From Comamonadaceae bacterium (GTDB lineage Bacteria > Pseudomonadota > Gammaproteobacteria > Burkholderiales > Burkholderiaceae_C): a DNA stretch of 64,000 nt. The stretch covers positions 1,382 to 65,381 of the forward strand of contig CANFKQ010000001.1 of NCBI GenBank assembly GCA_947447405.1. The letters run 5' to 3'. Made by a program: the position numbers and the translations under genes. The notes under the pieces were generated by a model. That model made no database searches, was not told the origin of the DNA, and worked only from the letters and a program-made list of their open reading frames with translations. Positions 41,091 to 49,544 of this stretch are shown one piece after another (the stretch's first letter is position 1; every line of letters begins with the position of its first letter).

Positions 41091-41924
41091 TCATGAAGAA
41101 CAGACCTTTGCATATAGTTTGTCGGTTACTTCGGGCATGACGCCAAACCAAGCTTGAAATGCTGGGCGCGCTTGGTGTAGCAACATGCCTAGACCATTGA
41201 CAGTCAAATTGCCGCGCAGTCGTGCTTCTTTGAGTAATGGCGTTTCCTGTGGGATGTAAACAGCATCGAAAACTAATGCCTTGGTTGGTAAGTTATTTAG
41301 CTTTATGTCTAGTGCAGACTCACCCTGCATGCCTTGATTGGTCGTATTGATCAATAACGATGCGTTATGAAGTGCATCTTCACGATCTTCCCATTTCACA
41401 CTTGTCACAGCAGGACCAAAGGCTCGTGCTAGTTCTTCTGCTTTGCTATGAGTCCGGTTGATGAGTCGAATGCTTGTTGCACCATCATCAAGCAAGCTGA
41501 CAACGATGCCGCGAGCAGCACCCCCTGCTCCAATGACAACGATTGGGTCTGTATTGGACTCCCATCTCGGGTTTGATTGAAGTAGGCTTTGTATGAATCC
41601 AAATCCATCATTGTTGAAGCCGTGAAGTGCCCCATCTGGTTGCACAACGATCGTATTAATGGCACCCATGCGATGAGCAAGGGGATGCACCCAATCGACA
41701 AACCTCATTGCGTTTACTTTATGTGGAATCGTGATGTTACAACCGGCAATTCCAAGTGCCTTTATGCCACGAATAGCCGCTTCGAGGTCATTGGGGTTTA
41801 CAGGGAAGAGCCCATATGCGCCATTTAAGTTGTGTTCGTGTATCCAATGGTTGTGAATAAGTGGCGATCTTGAGTGGGCGACAGGCCAGCCCATTACGCC
41901 AGCGATGATGAATGAGTTTTTCAT
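41091..41924 (-). CDS. aroE: shikimate dehydrogenase
   Basis: G.PVAHSRSP.IHN, NITIPHK, GAINT, NDG.GF, GAGGAAR and GLGMLLHQA motifs. Confidence 0.9.
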   Translation of the reverse strand: MKNSFIIAGVMGWPVAHSRSPLIHNHWIHEHNLNGAYGLFPVNPNDLEAAIRGIKALGIAGCNITIPHKVNAMRFVDWVHPLAHRMGAINTIVVQPDGALHGFNNDGFGFIQSLLQSNPRWESNTDPIVVIGAGGAARGIVVSLLDDGATSIRLINRTHSKAEELARAFGPAVTSVKWEDREDALHNASLLINTTNQGMQGESALDIKLNNLPTKALVFDAVYIPQETPLLKEARLRGNLTVNGLGMLLHQARPAFQAWFGVMPEVTDKLYAKVCSS

Positions 41925-42083
41925 GATTTTTTGTATGTGGTGTTTAGGGGGTTAGGAAGCACATTCAGAAAATACGCTAAGTTGTTGCGTTGAATAGATT
42001 TTTATTTCAAATAAACAACAGAAATTCATCGTTGATATAGTTTCTCTTGGTTTGTTTGTTAAAATTTCGTTCAAGGAGTTCAT

Positions 42084-42455
42084 ATGTCTAATCAATCTGA
42101 TTCGCTCGAAAGTGTTGTTATCGGTGACGGCGTGGTCGTCAAAGGTACTTTCACCGTCCCATCAAAAGCCATCATTAACGGGGTTATTGAGGGTGATTTA
42201 ACTGCAGAAGAAGTATTGATCGGCCCAACTGGCAAAATCACAGGGCGTGTTTCTGCGAAAGTCATTGATGTTCGTGGGCAACTCCACAACACCATTATTT
42301 CTGAAAAGAGCTTGATCGTTCGCTCTACTGGCAAAATCGCTGGCAAAGTTCAATACTCTGAAATTGAGATTGAAAAGGGTGGCGAAATCGAAGGTACTTT
42401 GAGTCAAGATGCCAACGGTCCAGTCGTGCATGTAGGTGGGACTTCCGCCGCTTAA
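42084..42455 (+). CDS. bactofilin
   Basis: VVIGDGVVVKG..INGVIEGDL..IGPTGKITG..IEKGGEIEG repeats; AAGGAG RBS. Confidence 0.9.
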   Translation: MSNQSDSLESVVIGDGVVVKGTFTVPSKAIINGVIEGDLTAEEVLIGPTGKITGRVSAKVIDVRGQLHNTIISEKSLIVRSTGKIAGKVQYSEIEIEKGGEIEGTLSQDANGPVVHVGGTSAA

Positions 42456-43511
42456 TTGCTAAGAAAATTCATGTTGCCTCGCGTCTTATCGGCTGTACGT
42501 CAACTACCAAGGCTTGTGTCTGGGGGGTGGGCTCGCAAGTACGAAGATGCGAAGATCATTCTTGAGCAAAATGGTGACCTTCATTATCTCAATGTCAGTG
42601 GTCGCGTACAACGTATTTTGGTGCGTGGCGCGATTCTGGCAACAGGTGCGATGCTGGTGGCTATTTTTGTGTTGTTGGCTACAAGCATTAGTTTGATGTT
42701 GAGTCGGTCAAAGTTAGAGCGTTCGCATGAAGAGGTATATAGAGCATTGCTCAGTAGTGCTTCAGACTCAGAGAACGTTGACCAACTGAACATGAGTGAC
42801 GAGCAAATGGTTTCGCTTGCTCAAACAATCCGTGATCGGGATATGAGTATTCGACGTTTTGTCGACACATCTATGGTCGCAGTTTCCCAAGAAAACGTCT
42901 CGATGAAGTCGCAACTTGAGTCTTCAGGTTTGACTGAAAAGATTGTGAAAATCATTCAGCAGAATGCGGCAAATGGTGGTTTCAATATTGAAGACGACGT
43001 AAAAAGTAATCCATTGCTTCGTGGCAAAGTCGCCGATGAATTGTCGACCAATCGCGGATTGCGCGAGGTTTTGTACGCATTGCCTAGCGTGATGCCTGTT
43101 CCCAATTACAGCGTTTCCTCAGACTTCGGGGTGCGTCGTCATCCTATTACTGGACAAACTCACTTTCACACAGGTTTAGATCTGTTAAGTCAAACTGGTG
43201 ATGAGAAGGTGCATCCAGTCAAGCCTGGTGTGGTAGTTTTGGCTCAGTTTCATACTCAATACGGAAATACCGTCGTAATTCGCCATACAAACGGCGTGGA
43301 ATCCCTTTACGCGCATTTGGCCAACATTGATGTGAAACTTGGAGACAAAGTAACAAACGAATCTGTGCTGGGTAATATTGGCAGCACAGGCTCTTCATCA
43401 ACAGGTAAGCATCTGCACTTAGAAATTTTGATTGGTGGATATCCAGTCAACCCACAAAAAGTTATACGGACGGCACAATATGTTCAACAAATCCAAAACC
43501 AGCAACGTTAA
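42456..43511 (+). CDS. membrane-anchored M23 metallo-endopeptidase
   Basis: TM helix, helical linker, SSDFGVRRHPITG..FHTGLD, YGNTV.I.H, YAHL and GSTG.S.TGKHLH motifs; start may be 42471. Confidence 0.9.
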   Translation: MLRKFMLPRVLSAVRQLPRLVSGGWARKYEDAKIILEQNGDLHYLNVSGRVQRILVRGAILATGAMLVAIFVLLATSISLMLSRSKLERSHEEVYRALLSSASDSENVDQLNMSDEQMVSLAQTIRDRDMSIRRFVDTSMVAVSQENVSMKSQLESSGLTEKIVKIIQQNAANGGFNIEDDVKSNPLLRGKVADELSTNRGLREVLYALPSVMPVPNYSVSSDFGVRRHPITGQTHFHTGLDLLSQTGDEKVHPVKPGVVVLAQFHTQYGNTVVIRHTNGVESLYAHLANIDVKLGDKVTNESVLGNIGSTGSSSTGKHLHLEILIGGYPVNPQKVIRTAQYVQQIQNQQR

Positions 43512-43980
43512 TCAAACTCAGGTGGAAGATGCTTCTCCTGACATCGAAGATGCTACGGACGAGGTAGAAGTTGAATTGACGAATGAATCGATCCAAACCT
43601 TAAGCGTTGCTCCTACTTCCCCTACACCAACTCAGCGAAACAGCATGATGGACATGATCACTACCGCCGCAACAAAACCTTCAATTTTGAGTGAGGGCTT
43701 CTCCTTCCGTGGTGAAATAGCTGCCAAAGGTGCGATCCATGTTGAAGGTGCATTGAACGGTCAAATCCAAGTTGATGAGCTCACCATTGGTGCACGTGGT
43801 CAAGTTGAAGGTGTTGTTACTTGCACAAGTTTGCACATCAAAGGAAAGTTTTCAGGTACAGCCACTTGCAATGAACTGATCGTGACATCTTCTGCTTCTG
43901 TAGATGGTCATGTGGTTTATCAGACTTTGTCGGTTCAAAAGGGTGCGTCCATCAAAGGCGAACTCCTGCTGGTCAAGTAA
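43480..43980 (+). CDS. bactofilin with acidic N-terminal extension
   Basis: MFNKSK start overlapping the M23 stop; PSILSEGFSFRGEI..IHVEG.LNGQI..IGARGQVEG..VQKGASIKG. Confidence 0.88.
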   Translation: MFNKSKTSNVNQTQVEDASPDIEDATDEVEVELTNESIQTLSVAPTSPTPTQRNSMMDMITTAATKPSILSEGFSFRGEIAAKGAIHVEGALNGQIQVDELTIGARGQVEGVVTCTSLHIKGKFSGTATCNELIVTSSASVDGHVVYQTLSVQKGASIKGELLLVK

Positions 43981-44007
43981 TTTGATTCAGTCAGGGAAGA
44001 CGATCTT

Positions 44008-44673
44008 TTGTTTATGAGTTCAGAAGAAATCTTCATTAACGGTGAGTTGTTGCGCCTAGGCCGCGAATCCCGTGGCTGGCTCCTGAATGATATGGCTACG
44101 CGTGCTTGCATGTCTGTGAAGCAAATTCGTCAGATCGAAGAAGGTGGCATCAGCTCTTTCTACAGCGTAGCAGTTAAGGCAACGGCAGCAAAAAAAATCG
44201 GTGCGTTGTTGGGATTGTCCGCAGAGCAAGTATTTGCACACAATTTGGTCCACGACCCTGTATCGGAAGTCATCAACTCAGACGCTTTGTCTGAGGGGGG
44301 GGGGGTAGTGCCAGCACCTTTAGAGCCAGCAGTGCTCCAAGAACGTCTGGATGCTGAGCCCCAAATTTCAGTGCCCAATTCTGTTGAGGCTGTAATAGCC
44401 AGTGACGGATCTAAATCCAAAGTCTCTATTTGGTTAATCGCTGCTTTGTTTGTCGCGGCTTTGGCTGTAGCTGCATATTTGCAACCCAAAGATGAGTCAC
44501 CAACTGAGCCTGTACCTGCGCTGCAGGTTGTGCCATCCGACATATCAGATCCTGCCAGCGCAGCCAGCGTCCCAGACTCACCTACTGAAGTGTCGCAAGC
44601 CGTGCTTGCCCCAGCATCTGCAGTTCTCAGCCAACCAAAGCCTGCGTCTTTAGCGGCAAGTAAAGCGCCTTGA
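44008..44673 (+). CDS. RodZ-like HTH membrane protein lacking the C-terminal beta domain; contains a G11 tract
   Basis: GELLRLGRESRGW..MATRACMSVKQIRQIEEG..FYS HTH; TM IWLIAALFVAALAVAAYL; Pro/Ala/Ser tail. Confidence 0.7.
   Translation: MFMSSEEIFINGELLRLGRESRGWLLNDMATRACMSVKQIRQIEEGGISSFYSVAVKATAAKKIGALLGLSAEQVFAHNLVHDPVSEVINSDALSEGGGVVPAPLEPAVLQERLDAEPQISVPNSVEAVIASDGSKSKVSIWLIAALFVAALAVAAYLQPKDESPTEPVPALQVVPSDISDPASAASVPDSPTEVSQAVLAPASAVLSQPKPASLAASKAP
44295..44305 (+). repeat. G11 homopolymer inside the coding sequence
   Basis: ctgaGGGGGGGGGGGtagtg; the longest homopolymer I noticed in the window. Confidence 0.9.
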
Positions 44674-44695
44674 TTTAATTTGTACGATCCACAAT

Positions 44696-44722
44696 AAAGC
44701 CGCTTTTCAGCGGCTTTTGTTT
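44696..44722. terminator. bidirectional terminator between the RodZ-like gene and hemH
   Basis: AAAGCCGCT-TTTC-AGCGGCTTT with A/T flanks. Confidence 0.8.
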
Positions 44723-45820
44723 TTACTTGTTTGCACCTAGCGCAACTGCTGCAGATCGACTTTGAGCGAGTTGTTGCGGGTCAGCTGCTTGCATGGCCCA
44801 GCCGCTCATGTGTGACTGGCAAAGTGCATGCATGCCATTTATCCAAATATCGCCGTCATTCAAGCAAGGTATGTAATGGAATGTTTCACCACCCGCATGA
44901 AGATAAGCTTCTTGAGCTTCTTGAGAAATTTCTTCCAAAGTTTCAAGGCAGTCGCTAGTAAAGCCAGGGCAAATCAAATCGACGCGTTTGACGCCTTGTT
45001 TAGCCAATGCAATCAGGGTTGGTTCAGTGTAGGGTTCCAGCCACTTGGCTTTCCCAAAGCGAGATTGAAAGGTCACCATGTATTGAGCTTTGCTCAAGCT
45101 CAAGGCCTCACCAAGCAAGCGTGCAGTTTTATAGCACTCGCAGTGGTAGGGGTCACCTAAGTACAGTGTGCGCTCAGGCACGCCATGAAAGCTCATCACT
45201 AAACGCTCAGGTTGACCATACTCTGCCCAATGACAACGTACCTTCTCAGCCAACGCTTGGATGTAAGCAGGGTGGTCGTGGTAATGGTTGATGAAGCGGA
45301 ACTCAGGTAATACGCGACTGCGCAGCCCCCAGTGATAAACCGCATCAAATACACTCGCTGTAGTGGTGCCTGAGTACTGTGGGTAGGCTGGCACTATCAA
45401 CACGCGTGTGAAGCCTTCTACTTTGAGTGCATCGAGTTGGCTGGTTATCGATGGGTTGCCATAACGCATGGCGTAGCGAACACTCACGGCCTCACCATGA
45501 GCATCAAAAACCTTTTGCAATCCCAGCGCTTGCCTGTTTGTCCAGACCTTGAGTGGCGAACCTTCATCTGTCCAGATGGAGGCGTACTTGGCTGCAGATT
45601 TCCCAGGTCGCACGCGCAAGATGATGCCGTGCAGAATCGCCATCCAAATCAAGCGCGGAATTTCGACCACGCGGTGGTCGCCTAAAAACTCAGCCAAGTA
45701 ACGACGCACAGCAGGCGCAGTGGGTTCGTCTGGCGTACCGAGATTGCAAAGCAATACGGCTGTGCGTGGAGCTTGTCCGTGGGTAAAAGGAGGTTCGGGG
45801 TTGAAGGCTGGTTTGAACAT
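44723..45820 (-). CDS. hemH: ferrochelatase
   Basis: NLGTP, AMRYG.P, YPQYS, SFHGVP, FQSRFG..WLEP and DCLETLEEI motifs; start trimmed to MFKP. Confidence 0.95.
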   Translation of the reverse strand: MFKPAFNPEPPFTHGQAPRTAVLLCNLGTPDEPTAPAVRRYLAEFLGDHRVVEIPRLIWMAILHGIILRVRPGKSAAKYASIWTDEGSPLKVWTNRQALGLQKVFDAHGEAVSVRYAMRYGNPSITSQLDALKVEGFTRVLIVPAYPQYSGTTTASVFDAVYHWGLRSRVLPEFRFINHYHDHPAYIQALAEKVRCHWAEYGQPERLVMSFHGVPERTLYLGDPYHCECYKTARLLGEALSLSKAQYMVTFQSRFGKAKWLEPYTEPTLIALAKQGVKRVDLICPGFTSDCLETLEEISQEAQEAYLHAGGETFHYIPCLNDGDIWINGMHALCQSHMSGWAMQAADPQQLAQSRSAAVALGANK

Positions 45821-45841
45821 GATGAGGTATTCTCTCCTAGC

Positions 45842-46537
45842 ATGCTGAACCTTTCCAAAATCCAAGCCATAACCTTAGATCTTGACGACACTTTGTGGCC
45901 CGTCTGGCCCACCATCGCCCGTGCGGAAGTTGTTTTGCAGGATTGGCTCAAAGTTCACGCCCCCCAAACGGCGAAGCTTTGCTCGGATGCTGAAGTCAAG
46001 CAACGCATCCGAGTTGAAGTGAACCAACGTCATGCAGACAAGGCGCACGATTTGAGTTTTTTGCGCAGAGAGTCCATCCGCGAGAGTTTGTTGCGAGCAG
46101 GAGATGCGCCGCATTTGGCAGAAGCGGCTTTTGATGTGTTCTTTGCCGAGCGTCAGAACGTGATGCTGTATGACGGGGTGCAAGAGGCGCTTGAGCGTTT
46201 GGCTGCACATTTTCCATTAGTAGGCTTGTCTAATGGCAATGCCGATGTGTTTCGCACTGATGCAGGCCCGTATTTCAAAGCATCTGTGAGTGCGCGTTTG
46301 TTTGGCGTGGCCAAGCCTGATGTGCGTATTTTTCATGCGGCGGCGGCCCAGTTGAATCTGCCTACTGAGGCAGTGTTGCACTTAGGCGATGACCCCACCA
46401 CCGATGTATTGGGGGCGATGAATGCTGGGATGCAAACTGCGTGGATCAACACGCAAGGCCATGACTGGCCGCACGATGCAGTTCAGCCGTTAACGGTGCG
46501 CCACTTGGCTGAGTTGTGTGACCACTTGTTGACCTGA
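45842..46537 (+). CDS. HAD-family hydrolase (YigB-like)
   Basis: LDLDDTLW, SNGN, AKPD and HLGD..TDV.GA motifs. Confidence 0.9.
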   Translation: MLNLSKIQAITLDLDDTLWPVWPTIARAEVVLQDWLKVHAPQTAKLCSDAEVKQRIRVEVNQRHADKAHDLSFLRRESIRESLLRAGDAPHLAEAAFDVFFAERQNVMLYDGVQEALERLAAHFPLVGLSNGNADVFRTDAGPYFKASVSARLFGVAKPDVRIFHAAAAQLNLPTEAVLHLGDDPTTDVLGAMNAGMQTAWINTQGHDWPHDAVQPLTVRHLAELCDHLLT

Positions 46538-47764
46538 GTGCACAGCCCCTTCAAGGGTGGATGGGTAGGGGCCACGAATGTAGTCGCCGCAGGCCCACAG
46601 GCCATTCGCTACAAAAGGTTTTGGCCTATCTAACATGGGGGTGCAGGCAAGCGTGGCGCGTTTTTCGACCACGGTTTGAACGATTTCTAAATGGCTGAGT
46701 CCTAGCTGCTCGCTGACTTGGTCGTGCACTTGCTCGGTGAGCACATCGCGTTCTGTGTGGCATGCGCTGACCACAGCTGCTAATAAACCGTGTTGTTCAG
46801 ACAGAACGCCTTTATCGAACAGGAACTGCGCAGGTGCCTCTGTGTTGCTGTGTAATGCCACCATGGGCTGCAATAAACCTTTAAAGCCTTCATCCTTGCA
46901 ATGCAAATATACAGTGGCAATGGCGGTGTGCGGTAGTTCTGCGCATTGGTATGCCCACTTAGGGGCAATGTCTGCTGTCAGACGTGCAGCTTCCCATGCA
47001 GGACATGCCAGTAGCACCGCGTTGTCGGGGGATGCAGTGTGTAATAGTTCTTCAAGTTGCGCGATAGAAACGCGTGTACTCAGTTGAATGTCTGCACCAC
47101 GCGCCCCAAGCCATTGCAAACAAGCATTTGGCAGTAGTGCACCTAAATCCACGCGAGGCACCAGCAGGTCAGAACTGCCCGTGCCGCCTAGCAGCGCGTC
47201 GTGCAGCACGCGTAAGAACACATTCGCACTGGCTTCATTAACGGGCGTGTTGAGCGCTGATAAGCACAGCGGCTCAATGAGTTGCGCGATCAGCCGAGGG
47301 CTTAATCCGGATGCATCGCACAGCTGAGCGACCGTCCATGTGAGGTCACATTCAAACTGTGTGCGTTGCCATCCCCATGCCGCTCGAATGAGGCTGGCTT
47401 TGTCGTTGAGGGGCCAGCCTTGTGCGCGGCCTATACCTGCCAGCAGGTTGAGGGGTGTGGGCCAATCAGGAAGGCTCAGGCCTTGGCCATTTGCATAGCG
47501 CAAATTAAGCGGTAGGCGCCGCAAGAGCGCGTCAGGATTTAAACCTACGGTGCGCATCAAAGCCAGCGTGTCGCGGTAGGCGCCAATGAGCACGTGTTGG
47601 CCATTGTCTAAAGGTTTGCTTGCAAAGCTTTGTTGCAAACTGCGAGCACGGCCACCTGCGGTGTTCGCCGCTTCAAAGAGCTGCACATGCCAGCCTACTT
47701 GCGTGGCGGCCACCGCTGCGGCCAAACCCGCCCAGCCTGCGCCCACGATGGTCAGTTGCTTCAT
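46490..47764 (-). CDS. hpnE: hydroxysqualene dehydroxylase HpnE
   Basis: GAGWAGLAAA, LDNGQH.LIGAY and YPSTLEGAV.SG motifs; clustered with hpnCD. Confidence 0.88.
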   Translation of the reverse strand: MKQLTIVGAGWAGLAAAVAATQVGWHVQLFEAANTAGGRARSLQQSFASKPLDNGQHVLIGAYRDTLALMRTVGLNPDALLRRLPLNLRYANGQGLSLPDWPTPLNLLAGIGRAQGWPLNDKASLIRAAWGWQRTQFECDLTWTVAQLCDASGLSPRLIAQLIEPLCLSALNTPVNEASANVFLRVLHDALLGGTGSSDLLVPRVDLGALLPNACLQWLGARGADIQLSTRVSIAQLEELLHTASPDNAVLLACPAWEAARLTADIAPKWAYQCAELPHTAIATVYLHCKDEGFKGLLQPMVALHSNTEAPAQFLFDKGVLSEQHGLLAAVVSACHTERDVLTEQVHDQVSEQLGLSHLEIVQTVVEKRATLACTPMLDRPKPFVANGLWACGDYIRGPYPSTLEGAVHSGQQVVTQLSQVAHR

Positions 47765-47781
47765 CTCGCTGCCAATGAAAT

Positions 47782-48621
47782 TTAGAAGCGGCCCAAGGCT
47801 TGCATCTTCCAAGCGAGCCAGAGTTTGTGTAGCGGAGTAAGGGCCACACGTTGGGTGAGCACTGGAAATTTCTTAGCTTCAATTTCGCACAGCAAGGTGC
47901 GATAAATGCTGGCCATCATGAGGCCAGGTTTTTGGTGCTTCCAGTCGTTGGCAGGCAACAGTGCCAAGGCTTCGTCGTACAAAGTATGCGCACGTGCAGT
48001 TTGAAATTGCATGAGAGCTTGAAAATGCTCTGAGTCTAGGCGGTTCAAAATTTCATGGGCTTTCACATCGAACTGTTGCAGCTCGTTGACAGGCAAGTAA
48101 ATGCGGCCACGCAGTGCATCCTCTCCTACATCGCGAATGATGTTAGTGAGCTGAAACGCTTGGCCCAACTTGTGCGCATATGCGGTGGTATTCGGATCGG
48201 TTTGACCAAAAATCTTGGCTGACACTTCGCCTACCACGCCCGCCACCAAATGGCAGTAGCGTGTCAGATTTGGGTAGTCTAGGTAACGCGTTTGTGTCAG
48301 ATCCAACTCGCAACCCTCAATTACCGATTGCAGGGAAGTTTCTTCAATGCCGAATTCGGCCACTAAGGGCATGAGCGCTTGCGTGACAGGGTGGTTGGGC
48401 TTACCCGAAAAAGCTTGGCGTACTTCGTTGTGCCACCATGCCAGTTTGCTGGCGGCCACGCTGGGGTCCGTCACCTCGTCCACAACATCGTCTACCTCAC
48501 GGCAAAAGGCATAGAACGCTGTGATGGCCGCTCGTCGTTGGGGCGGTAGAAACAGGAAGGCGTAATAAAAGCTACTACCCGAGGCGGAGGCTTTTTGCTG
48601 AACGTAGTCTTGAGGTGTCAT
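47782..48621 (-). CDS. hpnD: presqualene diphosphate synthase HpnD
   Basis: SGSSFYYAF, FCREVDDVVD and QLTNIIRDVGED motifs. Confidence 0.92.
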   Translation of the reverse strand: MTPQDYVQQKASASGSSFYYAFLFLPPQRRAAITAFYAFCREVDDVVDEVTDPSVAASKLAWWHNEVRQAFSGKPNHPVTQALMPLVAEFGIEETSLQSVIEGCELDLTQTRYLDYPNLTRYCHLVAGVVGEVSAKIFGQTDPNTTAYAHKLGQAFQLTNIIRDVGEDALRGRIYLPVNELQQFDVKAHEILNRLDSEHFQALMQFQTARAHTLYDEALALLPANDWKHQKPGLMMASIYRTLLCEIEAKKFPVLTQRVALTPLHKLWLAWKMQALGRF

Positions 48622-48668
48622 GTGTGCCCGATTATCGGGCACGAGAGCGTTGGCTTAGGCGCCTCGTT

Positions 48669-49448
48669 TTACATGCGCGCGCAGCGCCAAGCGATGCAAA
48701 TGAAGTCTGATTTTTTCAGTACGGGGCGTGTGAGCCGCCTGTGGTCTGTTGGTTCAGGGCGAGCATCCAGTTTGTCCAGGATGCGCAAACCGCCTTGCAC
48801 CACCACACGCAACTCCCATCCTGCGAGGCCTTTGACGCGACGAGCCAAAGGCGCACCTTGCATCATCAGTTCGCGTGCAAAGCGCAGCTCTTGTTCCAGG
48901 GTGTGATCTTGCGGCATATAGTCGCGGCCACCTTGCAAGTCTTCGGCGCGATCTTGCCAAAAGTTAATCAGTTGCAAGGCTGTGCAGATGGCGTCGCTTT
49001 GCGCAAGCGACGTGACGTCGTTCACGCCATACAAATGCAGCATCAAACGCCCTACTGGGTTTGCGGAGCGACGACAGTAGTTGAGCAGCTCGGTGCGGTT
49101 GCGATAGCCTTGCCCTACGCTGGTGTAAACCACGTCCTGCTCAAAGGCATCAAGTAAATCGAACAGAGGTTGTGTTGGCAAGTCGTGTTGCGATACAGCA
49201 CGTTGCAACGCGTCAAATACTTTTGACCAGCGGATGCTTGTCGTGTCGTTTAAATTGAGGCAGTTTTGAAGGTCTGCACGATATTCACCCAAAGCGTCGA
49301 GACGGTGGTGTGCGGCGACGTGGCCTTCGTCTGCCAAATCATCGGCCGTACGGGCGAAGTCATACAGTGCCGCCACGGTGTGGCGCAAACGGGCAGGACA
49401 CAGCCAAGATGCGACAGGGAAGTTTTCGTAGTGGTCGATGCTTGACAT
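48669..49448 (-). CDS. hpnC: hydroxysqualene synthase HpnC
   Basis: HYENFPVAS, ARTADDLADEG, SANPVGR and LQLINFWQD motifs. Confidence 0.9.
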   Translation of the reverse strand: MSSIDHYENFPVASWLCPARLRHTVAALYDFARTADDLADEGHVAAHHRLDALGEYRADLQNCLNLNDTTSIRWSKVFDALQRAVSQHDLPTQPLFDLLDAFEQDVVYTSVGQGYRNRTELLNYCRRSANPVGRLMLHLYGVNDVTSLAQSDAICTALQLINFWQDRAEDLQGGRDYMPQDHTLEQELRFARELMMQGAPLARRVKGLAGWELRVVVQGGLRILDKLDARPEPTDHRRLTRPVLKKSDFICIAWRCARM

Positions 49449-49544
49449 AAGTGGCAACGATTGTCGTATCCCTTTGTGTATGCGGGGTAAACCAATATGG
49501 GGTACATTAATAACCAATTGGTCATTAGTATTTTTGGGAACTTT

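Noticed and set aside
40909-41151. 80-aa minus-strand ORF from the track
   Set aside because: Wrong frame; the recognisable recombinase tail is in a different frame (40839-41012)
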